64,000 nt of DNA from the NCBI RefSeq assembly GCF_963921235.1, contig NC_086097.1, positions 78,866,001-78,930,000 of the forward strand. Reading direction: 5' to 3'. The notes beneath the pieces are model-generated. The model was not told where the DNA came from. It did no database searches and saw only the letters and a list, made by a program, of their open reading frames with translations. The translations under genes were made by a program, and so were the position numbers. Position 1 is the first letter of the stretch, and every line of letters starts with the position of its first letter. The DNA comes from Mobula hypostoma. Taxonomy: Eukaryota. Positions 1-11,000 of the stretch are shown in pieces.

Positions 1-2832
1 CGTGGTCCAGCCCCTCCTGAAAAAACCCAACTTAGACCCTACCTTACCTAGTAACTACAGACCTATTTCTAAACTTCCATTCCTGTCAAAGGTTCTCGAA
101 AAGGTTATTCTTAGTCAATTGCTGCCCTACCTACACCAAAACAACATCTTGGAAAGATTTCAGTCAGGTTTTAAGGCTTATCATAGCACAGAGTCTGCCC
201 TGCTGAAAGTGTACAATGACCTGCTCCTCTCTACCGACTCAGGTGACTCTGCCATCCTAATTCTTCTTGACCTCAGCACAGCATTCGATACTGTGGATCA
301 TGCCATCTTAATAGACCGTCTCCAGTACAGGGTTGGTGTTGATAGCACTGCCTTGAACTGGTTTATATCCTACCTCAAAAATAGAAGTTTCTCCGTCAAC
401 ATAGGCAAGTTCTCTTCTCGCCCAGCTAGTCTCTCCTGCGGGGTCCCACGAGGTTCTATCCTAGGTCCCATTCTTTTCTCTATATACATGCTTCCCCTCG
501 GTCAAATCGTTCAAAAATATGACATTTCTTTCCATTGTTATGCTGACAACACACAGCTTCATCTCCCCCTGAAACCAAACGACCAGTCAAATCTACTCAG
601 CCTCATGAACTGCCTTGAGGGCATAAAGTGTTGGATGGCACAAATCTTCCTACAGCTGAATGAAGGCAAGTCTGAAGTTGTCCTACTTGGCCCCCCTGAC
701 TCCATCAAAGTGATTACCAACAGTCTTGGTAACTTGTCCACCCTTGTCAAACCCCATGTCAAAAACCTTGGTGTGGTATTTGATTCCACCTTTAAGTTTG
801 ACAAGCAAGTTAATACAGTAGTAAAAGCCAGTTTTTCCAACTTTGTACTATTGCCAAAATCAAGCAGTTTATCTCTTTCAAAGATCTCGAGAAAATTATC
901 CACACCCTTATATCCTCCTGCTTGGACTACTCCAACTCCCTGTACACTGGGATTAGTCAGTCGTCCCTGTCCCACCTGCAACTGGTCCAGAATGCCGCAG
1001 CCAGGCTCCTGACAGGTGCCCGGAAGAAGGACCATATTACTTCTATCCTGGCCTCCCTCCACTGGCTGCCAGTACAGTTCAGAATTGATTTTAAGATTCT
1101 CCTTTTTGTTTATAAAGCCCTAAATGGGCTGGCCCCCTCCTATATCGCAGACCTTTTAACCCCTTATTCTACTTCCAGGTCCCTCAGGTTGGCTGACTTG
1201 GGGCTCCTGGCTGTCCCGCGATCTAAACTTAAGCTCAGGGGTGACAGCGCCTTTGCTGTTGTAGCCCCTAGACAGTGGAACAGCATTCCCCTCCCTATCA
1301 GATCTGCCCCCTCCATTGACTCTTTTAAATCCAGGCTCAAAACTTACCTTTATTCACTAGCTTTTGAATCCTCCTGATGTGGCTGATTTTTGGCTTGTGC
1401 CAGGGCCTTTTTGCTGTTTCTTTTGTGCCTATAAGCTGTTTGCCTTGTTGGTTATGTCTGTGTTTCTTGTATTTGTGATTTTAGCTATTTGCTCTGATCT
1501 GTACAGCACTTCGGTCAACATGGGTTGTTTTTAAATGTGCTATGGATGTTGCATATTTGGATATGCAGTGGATGTTGTATATTTGGATTTTCAGAAGATG
1601 CAGTGGATGTTGTATATTTGGATTTTCAGAAGAGCTTTGACAAGGTGCCACACATGAGGCTGTTTAACAAGATAAGAGCCGATGGAATTACCGGAAAGTT
1701 ACATACGTGGATGAGCGTTGGCTGATTGGCAGGAAACAGAGAGTGGGAATAAAGGGATCCCATTCTGGTTGGCTGCCGGTTACCAGTGGTGTTCCACAGG
1801 GGTCCGTGTTGGGGCCACTTCTTTTTACTTTGTACATCAACGATTTGGATTATGGAATAGATGGCTTTGTGGCTAAGTTTGCTGATGATACAAAGATAGG
1901 TGGAGGGGCCGGTAGTGCTAAGGAAACAGAGAGTCTGCAGAGAGACTTGGATAGATTGGGAGAATGGGCAAAGTGGCAAATGAAATACAATGTTGGAAAG
2001 TGTATGGTTATGCACTTTGGCAGAATAAATAAACAGGCAGACTATTATTTAAATGGGGAGAGAATTCAAAATTCTGAGATGCAACAGCAATTGGGAGTCC
2101 TTGTGCAGGATACCGTTAAAGTTAACCTCCAGGCTGAATCGGTGGTGAAGAAGGTGAGTGCAATGTTGGCATTCATTTCTAGAGGAATAGAGTATAGGAG
2201 CAGGGATATGATGTTGAGGCTCTATAAGGCACTGGTAAGATCTCACTTGGAGTACTGTGGGCAGTTTTGGGCTCCTTATTTAAGAAAGGATGTGCTGATG
2301 TTGGAGAGGGTTCAGAGAAGATTCACTAGAATGATTCCAGGAATGAGAGGGTTAACATATGAGGAACGTTTGACCACTCTTGGACTGTATTACTTGGAGT
2401 TTGAAAGAATGACGGGGGACCTCATAGAAACATTTCGAATGTTGAAAGGCATGGACAGAGTGGATGTGGCAAAATTGTTTCCCATGAAGGGGGTGTCTAG
2501 TACAAGAGAGCATGATTTAAGGATTGAAGGGCGCCCATTCAGAACAGAGATGCGAAGAAATTTTTTTAGCCAGAGGGTGGAGAATCTATGGAATTTGTTG
2601 CCACGGGCGGCAGTAGATGCCAAGTCATTGGGTGTATTTAAGGCAGAGATTGATAGGTATCTGAGTAGCCAGGCTATCAAAGGTTATGGTGAAAAGGCAG
2701 GGGAGTGGGACTAAATGGGAGAATGTATAAACTCATGATAAAATAGCAGAGCAGACTCGATGGGCCGAATGGCTAACTTCTGCTCCTTTGTCTTATGGTC
2801 TTATATAAATAAATTTGACTTGACTTGACTTG
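1..2832 (+). mobile_element. L2-clade LINE 3' part (RT, frameshifted), 3' end split by a CR1 insertion
   Basis: NYRPISKLPFLSKVLEK, LLDLSTAFDTVDH, HCYADNTQL, QNAAARLLT, LHWLPV; 3' UTR to ~1543; AATAAA plus (TTGAC)n tail at 2804-2832. Confidence 0.88.
1544..2803 (+). mobile_element. 5'-truncated CR1 LINE nested in the L2 3' UTR
   Basis: [41 protein letters not shown]; (TCTTATGG)n tail. Confidence 0.9.
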
Positions 2833-4304
2833 TTCGCAAGACTGCTGGCCAGCGGTGGCAGCTGAAAGTGAGAGCGACAAGCACTACCCACTACACTACC
2901 ATATCAGACATGTCACAACGACAATTTTGACAATTGTATAGTGAAATATCCCAAATGACAAGTATGAAAAGGTGAGTTTCAAAGGAGAGCCTGAAGGGCA
3001 AATGTGTTTATAAAAAGACCTGCAGATCGAGGACCAAACAGACGAAGTAAGAACTATCATTAGTAGGGAAATAGAAATGTCATTTGTATAGGGGCAGAGC
3101 CAGGTCAGAGAAGCTCAAAAGTTTCTGGAGAATTACTAAGCACTTCCATCAGAGGTAATGATGTTGCAGTGGGCAAAGAACTTGTTGTAGGATACATAAC
3201 TGCACGACAAGGTGAGGGCAGACCTACAACCAGATTACAGCTGGGAATGGTATCGTCAAACCACAGAGAAAGAGGAAGAATCAAAAAGTTGGAAAATTGA
3301 CACAGGTTTGACAGATTAAATAGCTTCCTGCTTTGTTCTCCGAAAGGCTAATGCTTCAGTGCAATATGATCAAGGGGATTAATCCCAGAGTCCTAGCAGT
3401 GTTTATAAAGACATAAGCAATAGGTGCAGGAGGAGACCATTTCGCTTGTTGACCTGCTGTCACAAAACTAAGTAACAGATTCATGAATATTAAAATGAAT
3501 CCCTCAATTCATTTATTTTTCAGAAATCTCTCGCTCTTAATTTTGAGTGTAGTGTAGCCTGTGACTGAACCTCCACACCTTTCCAGGCTATAAGATTCTA
3601 TATGTTTACCACCCTTTGAGTGAAGAAATTTCTCATTTCACTCTAAATGGCCTGTTCTTATTTTGTTGCTCTGATCCCAAAATCTAGGCTACTCAACCTG
3701 AAGAAACATCCTCCCTTGAGCCGTTGAAAGATATATACGCTTTTACAATAAAGTCCCTTCTTATTCTTCTAAATCTATAGAAAAGAGGCTTCGTCACACA
3801 ACCTCTCCCTGCACTTGGAATCAAACAAGTGGAACTTCACAGTATTTTCTCTCCAACAAATAGATAAGCAAATCAAAACTGTACATAATACTCCAGATTT
3901 GCTCTCATCAAGGGCCTTTACCATTGTTCCCTCCAAGCTACAGGGCTGCACGGCCATACAGTAACTGAAATACTCCCGAGCACATAGTCTTTGTTGTTGC
4001 GGAGCTGGAATTTTCTTTTATATGATGTTATTATAATTTTGAAAGCTATGTTAATAACATAGTGAAATATGTGTAATTAATTAATATAATACATATTTTT
4101 CTAAGTAATAAATGTAACACAACCTTTACTTTGAAACATTTCAGAGCTTCAATGTATTTACATTGTCAATGTTTCAAATTACAACACTTCTGAATTGTAA
4201 CAATAAACACAGAATGCAAGTCGGTAGCTCCTTGTGAAAAAAGCTGGCCTGCTGAACGCTGATGTCATCTAGTCAAAACATTTTATTTTTGCCACTGTGT
4301 CTGT

Positions 4305-4507
4305 CAGCCATAGCTGTGGCTCAAAAGAGGGGAGCCATGGAGTCATAAGTAGCTAGCCATCTGGACACAAGCTGGGGTCTGATCAGCCCCGGCTGGGTCA
4401 CCTGGAGGAGGTTGTATGATGTTGAAAGACCCGAAACACCCGATGATTCCAGGAACATCACTGAAGATGTGTCCAGAAGCATCAATAGATGTATGTACAC
4501 AATAGAC
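4305..4507 (+). mobile_element. HERO-clade LINE 3'-end fragment
   Basis: Near-identical to the reverse complement of ~45897-46095, the 3' end of the RLE-encoding element. Confidence 0.8.
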
Positions 4508-5039
4508 TGCCTGACATTATTTACCTGTTTTGCAAGTTGTGGTTTGTGTTTGTTTGATGTGAAAAAATCGTATATTCTGAATTTTTTGGTAAATGTTATT
4601 TCAAAAATATCATTATCAAAACATTTAAAGCACTGCTGTACAGTTTTCAGGCCATGTAAAAATTTCTTGCTCAGAGCAATTGTTGGTCTGCACAGCTGTA
4701 AAAAAAAACTAGAGGAAGTTGTCTCTAATATCCCCATTGTATTTTACTCCAAACACTTTAAAGTTATGTCTTGTTGCACTAACCATTTTCAAACTGGGGG
4801 AAAAATCTCTGGTTGTCCACTCTATCTATGCCTCTTACCGTCATATACACTTCAATCAAGTTACCTCTCATTCTTCTCTCCAAAGAGAAAACCCGAGTTT
4901 ACTCAACCTATCCCCAAAAGACTTGCTCTGTCATCCAGGCAGCATTCTGGTAAATATCCTCTGCAGCCTCTCTAAAGTTTCCACATCATCATATAATGAG
5001 GTGACCAGAACTGATTCTCCCGTGTGGTTTAATCGGGGT

Positions 5040-5500
5040 TTTACAGAGCAGCAACATTGCCGCGCGCTCTTGAACTCAGTGCCCGGCTAATAAAGACTGA
5101 ATACTAGAACCCTCGTAGCCACGGACTTCAGTAGCGAGAATTAGTGACGTAAATCGACAGCGGCAAAGTTAGATTTCATGAGAGCTTGCCCGGGAAGGGA
5201 AGAACACGTAAGTTCAGTGTAGGTCAAGTTTCTCACAGAATGCTATAGGAAAATCCCCAAACCGACACCGTGCCAGCCGGCGGGCAGACACTTTTATTCT
5301 TGTTATTGACTCACGTGCTGGAATAGTACCAGCTGGATCCCCATTGATTGGCGGAATCTTGGTGCGACCCGTCCTATTGCGTGGCTCAGTTCGGCTTGGT
5401 TAAAGCCCATTGGTCAGAATTGCAGCCCCCCCTTTCCTTCGACAGCATGTCTGGATTACTGCGGGAATTTTCCCACAGGACGGGTAGACCGGTTGCGCCT
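5040..5500. promoter_or_regulatory. CpG-enriched promoter-like segment upstream of ARG2
   Basis: Local CpG enrichment in unique sequence; TGACGT (~5145), E-box TCACGTG (~5311), inverted CCAAT boxes (~5347, ~5409). Confidence 0.4.
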
Positions 5501-5839
5501 AACTAGAAACTCCATTCCTCCATTTGTCTTAGGGCATTAAATGAGGAGAACGGATAAAAATAAGTATGCAAGTATATATCGAGGAGCAAATAAAAGGCAG
5601 GCAAGTAGGGGAGGCTGGATGAACTAGCCCCAGTGTTAACATCGCATTTCCAGTTACACTCTTTGAATTTTTGGGTAACATGATCCAGGGAGTCCGTGAT
5701 CTGCTGAAAGTTATAAACAGCTGTGCTGCATGTAAAAGATTGCCACACTCTTCGAACAACACAATAGTTTTGTTTTATTTTTAAATGCTTGTTAATGTGG
5801 TGAACTGGGGAGGTGGAGTTCCACAACAACAAATTGTTC

Positions 5840-7030
5840 AAAGTTCAAAGTACATATGTCATCTCAGATTTTTTTTTGCGGACATACTCAATAAACCCAT
5901 AATATAATGATAACCATAACAGAATTAATGAGAGACCGCATCAACTTTGCATTCAATCAGTATGCTAAAACACCAGACTGTGCAAATACAATAATAATAA
6001 ATAAATAAATAAACAATAAATGTTGAGAACATGAGATGAGTCCTCATAGGTTGTGGGAACATTTCAATGACGGGACAAGTGAAGTCCAGTGAAGTTTTCC
6101 CATTTGGTTCAAGAGCCTGATGTTTGAAGAGTAATAATTGCTCCTGAACCTGGTAGTGTTAGTCCTGAGGTTCCTGAACCTTCTTCCTGATGGCAGCAGT
6201 GAAAAGATCACAATGACCTGGATGGTGGGGATCCCTAATGATGGATGTGAAGCGCTTTGCGTAGATGAGCTCAGTGGTGCGGAGGAGAAAACCAGAGGTC
6301 CATGGGCCAGTCATGGACTTTGTTAGTGCTGGACTGGGCCATATTTACTACTTATTGTAAGATATTCCATTCAAAGGCATAGGTGTTTCTATACTAGGCT
6401 GTGATGCAGCCAGTCAATATACTCTCCAGGACACATCTATAGAAGTTTGTCAAAGTTTTAAATTTCATACTTAAGCTTTGTTGTACTTTCTTTGTAATTG
6501 CACTTGTGTACTGAGCCACGGCAGGTCCTCCAAAATAGTAACACTGAAGAATTTAAAGATGCTGACCCTCTCCACTCTGATCTTCTATCAGGACTGACTC
6601 ATGGACCCCTGGTTTCCTCCTCCTGGAGTCATTAACCAGTTCCTTGGTCTTGCTGACATTGAGAGGCTGTTGTGGCACCACTCAGCCAGATTTTCAATCT
6701 CCCTCATATTTGCTGATTCGTCGCCATCTTTGATTTGGCCTATGACGGTGGTATTATCAGCAAACTTGAATATGGCATTGGAGCTACTTTTAGCCACGTA
6801 GTCATAAATGTAACCAACTTGAGCAGGGGGCTAAGCATAGCCATGTGGTACACTTTGGAGATTGTGGAGGAAAAGTTGTTGCCAACCTGAGAAGTCTAGA
6901 AGTGAGGAAATCCAGGATCCGACAGCACAAGGAAGTATTGAGGTCAAGGTCTTGAAACTTACAATTAGTTTTGAGGGAACGATATGATTGAATGCCAAGT
7001 TGTGGTCGATAAAGAGCATCCGTAACGTAT
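5840..7030 (-). mobile_element. Decayed Rex1/Babar LINE
   Basis: RMLFID..LAFN.IVPSKL and SSNAIFKFADNTTVIG remnants; boundaries approximate. Confidence 0.7.
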
Positions 7031-7850
7031 AACTAGATTTTGACTGTTTCTGCTGTCTCTGAAAACTCTGTCTGAATTGTTGAGCCTTTCCAGCATTTTC
7101 TGTTTCAATTTCAGATTTCCAGTTTACTGATTTTTTCCAGATTATCAATTACATTGTAAAATTAATGGTCTGAAGTATACCATATCTCTCAACAAAGATG
7201 CTGCTGAATCTACAAACCATTCCAGCAATTTCCTTTTTAATTTGATCAACTAATCTGTTGGCTTAGAGAAAGATACGTAGTCAGTCAGTTGATTTGCAGA
7301 GATATGATGGCTAACACTTTACGCATTGGCTTCACTGCTACAGATTCAGTAAGGGTTCCAACTTGTGTTTCTCTCGGACATCTCCAACAGCTATCAACCT
7401 GATGTCCTCCCACAAAGTATCGTCGGCAGGTTTATTTTTGGTGCTATTGCCACAGTCGAAAGTAAGGGAATCAACAGAACATCCTACATTGAAGATACCC
7501 ATATTCAAACCGAACAGCACCATCTGCTACAACAGTGTATCAAGGTCGTACCAGTTTCTAAGGACACTTAGTTCTTAAAGGTACACATACACTTATCCTC
7601 ATTGCAACTGGCTGCGTGGGCAGGGAATGAAAGTACTTCGTACGTTAGAAACCAACAGCTGACGAAGTAAGGAAAACTAGAGCGAAAGAGAGGTCATCTT
7701 TTATCTGATCATCATTTTAAAAGTTTGTCACGGCGGCAAAAGCGTATCCATACAGCAACAACGCTGTAAATTAGAAGATATTTTTAAATAGTCTATCCTT
7801 TCTGTTGCTTTGTGGCAGTGTATCCTCTTACATATTTTCCTTTCCAGGGT

Positions 7851-7923
7851 TCCCGCCCCTCTGCGGACGTCAGGTGCGTGTCAACCAATAGCAGTCGTGT
7901 GATGAAACGCCAAGTTATAAAAG
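7851..7923 (+). promoter_or_regulatory. ARG2 proximal promoter
   Basis: GC box CCCGCCCC (~7852), CRE-like GGACGTCA (7865-7872), CCAAT (7885-7889), TATAAAAG (7916-7923), about 40 nt upstream of the ATG. Confidence 0.7.
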
Positions 7924-7956
7924 GTGGGGCTTCCCCCTCACTCTTCGATTAGAGCC

Positions 7957-8073
7957 ATGTCTTTGCGACTGAGAATTGTGCACCTTTTGGGGAAACAGCT
8001 GGGCGCTTTTCCCAAGCAGAAGCGATCGGTCCATTCTCTGGGTATAATCGGTGCGCCATTCTCCTATGGCCAG
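7957..8073 (+). CDS. ARG2: ARG2 coding exon 1
   Basis: gccATGt start; [39 protein letters not shown]; donor CAG|gtactg. Confidence 0.95.
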
Positions 8074-11000
8074 GTACTGAGAGTTTCATTTATCCAAAAT
8101 CTAACGGGGGAGGGGTGACTGAATGTGTGGTAGCAATGACCCACCTAAGAACGTCATCTTTTGTTATTGCGACTGCACAAATGCGTGCAGAATGCAAGCT
8201 AACATTTGTAATGATTCCTGTTGGTGTTTATATATTTGTATTGATTTAATTATAGAAGCGGCGAGGAGTCGAGGTTGGGCCCCAGGCAATCAGGGACGCC
8301 GGGCTGATAGATCGCTTGAAAGCACTGGGTGAGTACAGGGCTACTGCAGCAGCTAACGGATGGGAGTGTATGCATCAGCGCGGTTCGCAGCTCAGTCGGG
8401 GAGCAAGCACTTCGCGACTTTTATTTACCTACGCATATACTTGTTACTTCCCCCCTCTCGCGAGGTCTCGAAGGAAAAGAACCCGGTTTATTCACTTTTT
8501 TTTACATCGATCGATTGCTTTCCACCCCCCTCGTGGTTGGCTTTTATTCCGTTGTGTTTAGTGTTTTTAAAACTGAGCGGCAGCCGTACATGACTAATCC
8601 CTGAGCTTTACTTGTCCGTCTTCTATTCCACCACCACATGGTGTAGAATATCATGTGGAGGAAGGGGGCGAAGTTCCGCGCTGCCAGAACATTGTAAACT
8701 GTGGTCTGAAGCAAACAATCAGAAAAGAACACTGAACAGGAATTGGAAATAAGTGGGGGGGGGGGTGCGAAAATGTGAAATAATGCAGATGCCGAATTGT
8801 GAAATAAAACACTGGGGGGGGGGGAGACGATGAGCAGGTGCCAGGTTAATCTGAAACCCGAACTTTGTTCTCTTTCCATGGATGCCATCTGTCCCGCTGA
8901 GTATTTCTTGCAATATTATATTTTGTTGCTTAATAAAGCTTGTGTAGCCTCTCAGCTAAAGCAACAAATCAGCAAGGTTATCTTCTGATTTCTTTGAAAC
9001 ATTATCAACCAAAACGTTTTATCTGATTAACAGCTAATCTGTGTTTCCAGGTTTTCCGTAGTTGCTAATATGTATTCGTTAACTTAGATAAAGTTCAAAA
9101 TGTTTGTCTATTTCCATATTTGCATATCTGGTATTGCAGGTTTGCCTTCTGAGGAGAGCTTGAATAGAATGGATCTGTCGCACCAGTATTTAATAGAATG
9201 AGAGACAATCTCATTGAAACTAATAACATTCGCACAGGGTTTGGCAGGATAATGCAGGGCAGAAGTTGTCCAAGGACCCGAAAACCAGGGGTCACATCAC
9301 CACATAAGAGGAGGAAATGGAGATTTTTAAAGCGTGTGGTGAATCTTTGGAACTCTTATCTCTGAGGAATGTGGAGGATGTTAAAGGGATATCAAAATAG
9401 CTCGGGTAAAAGAGTGTGAGCTAGGTTAGCTGCGATGAACGGTGGAACGGGCGTCAAGGGCCAAATGCTCTTATTTTGTTATTCTACAGCTTCAAGATCT
9501 TACGATACTCTGGGAAGAAGGGGGAAAGGTGATAAGATTCACGGGAGTGTGTAATTTACAAGTGACTTGATTGTAAGTGTTGGCTGTGAACTTTTCTGTT
9601 AAGGAAATTACAGATCTGGAAATTTGAACACGGAATCCAGGTTGCTAACGCGCGCAGAAATGAGCGCTGTACTTCCTCCTCCTGCTGGCAGAAGCTCCAT
9701 TCTGACCTCCTGTGTTAAGGAGGCAACATTGCGCCATTTTTGTCCTTCAACATCACTAAAATTATCTTGTGCTAATCGCATACTGTAGCTCTTTAGGGCC
9801 TTGTGCATAAATTGATGGCTTGTTTCACATACTAAAGCTATGACCACATTGAAAATACTTCGAGTGGATAGTGGTGTGAACGCTTTGAGGTCTTGACAAT
9901 AGTTTATAGAAGTTCTTTAATTGAAAAATAAGTTGTCTGGTGGAAGCAAGGGCTGCAACAGAAAGGATTGTAAATTATTTTTGTGGCTGGTTGATCATTC
10001 AACACTTGAATGTCCCATTTGTTAATAATTATACTAATTAAGGAAGGAGGTGCTGTAGTCATGCCGTTTGCTGGTTTGTGAAATTTCTAAATCCATAACG
10101 CAGTGAAGCCCCTGTCTGTTCTACATTCTGTTCTTTAGACAAGCCTGCACTGTAGAAATGTGGGGAAGAAGTGCTAATACTTTATTTCAGGGGACAGTCT
10201 ATTGGATCAGTCACCATTGCTGTGCTTTTTGGAGAATGATCTCCTTTTGCCAGCTTGGGATTTGATTTCCAAATTCAGACAACAGTTTGTCACCTTTAAT
10301 ATAATGACATGGTTAACGTGCATAGCCCTGGCTATAAAACTTGATGTACTTGTGAGTTTCACAGAATAATGCAAACTCAAGCAAGTACTCATTACTAAAC
10401 TGACTTTTTGTTTTTAGAGTCATGGAGCACTACAGCATAGAAACAGGCCCTTCAGCCCATCTAGTCTGTGCCAACCTATTTATCTGCGTAGTCCCACCAA
10501 CCAGCACCTGGACTATAACCCTCCATGCCCCTCCCGTCCATGTGCCTATCAAAGTTTCTCTAAATGTTGAAATCAACATTTACCATTTTTTTTTGCCAGT
10601 TTCAGCCACTTTTGTTTTCTCTCCTGCCACCTACAAATCTAATGAATGATAAAAATAGAAAATGTTGGAATTACCGAACAGGTTAGGCATATGCATGGAA
10701 AGACGACCAAGAGTTAACATTTTGTTTCTCGTTTTACAAATACTACCAGATGTGCTGAGAGTTTCCAATATTTCATGGTTGCTTCATCTTTTTGATCAAA
10801 CTACACGTGACTTGCTGTTGCTCACACCTCCACTTCTATCCCTGCGTTCATAGAACAATACAGCACAGGACCACAGCTTTCATCCCACAATGTTTGCATT
10901 GTGGCACCATCACATCTGCTTCCACCAGCACCCCTGCAGTGTGTTCCCGGTACCTCCCAGTATCTGTGTAAAACACATGTCCCACACATCTGCTTCCACC

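Noticed and set aside
4412..4975. 187-aa ORF
   Set aside because: Runs across a HERO 3' UTR, AT-rich filler and an antisense CR1 remnant; not a coherent protein.
7650..7682. CTGACGA..GAAA hammerhead-like words upstream of ARG2
   Set aside because: No supporting stems I/II or NUH site; chance match.
5040..7800. PIGH exon expected upstream of ARG2 by synteny
   Set aside because: No PIGH-like translation in the segments I checked (around 5100-5270 and 7338-7780); short ORFs at 7338-7578 lack recognisable similarity.
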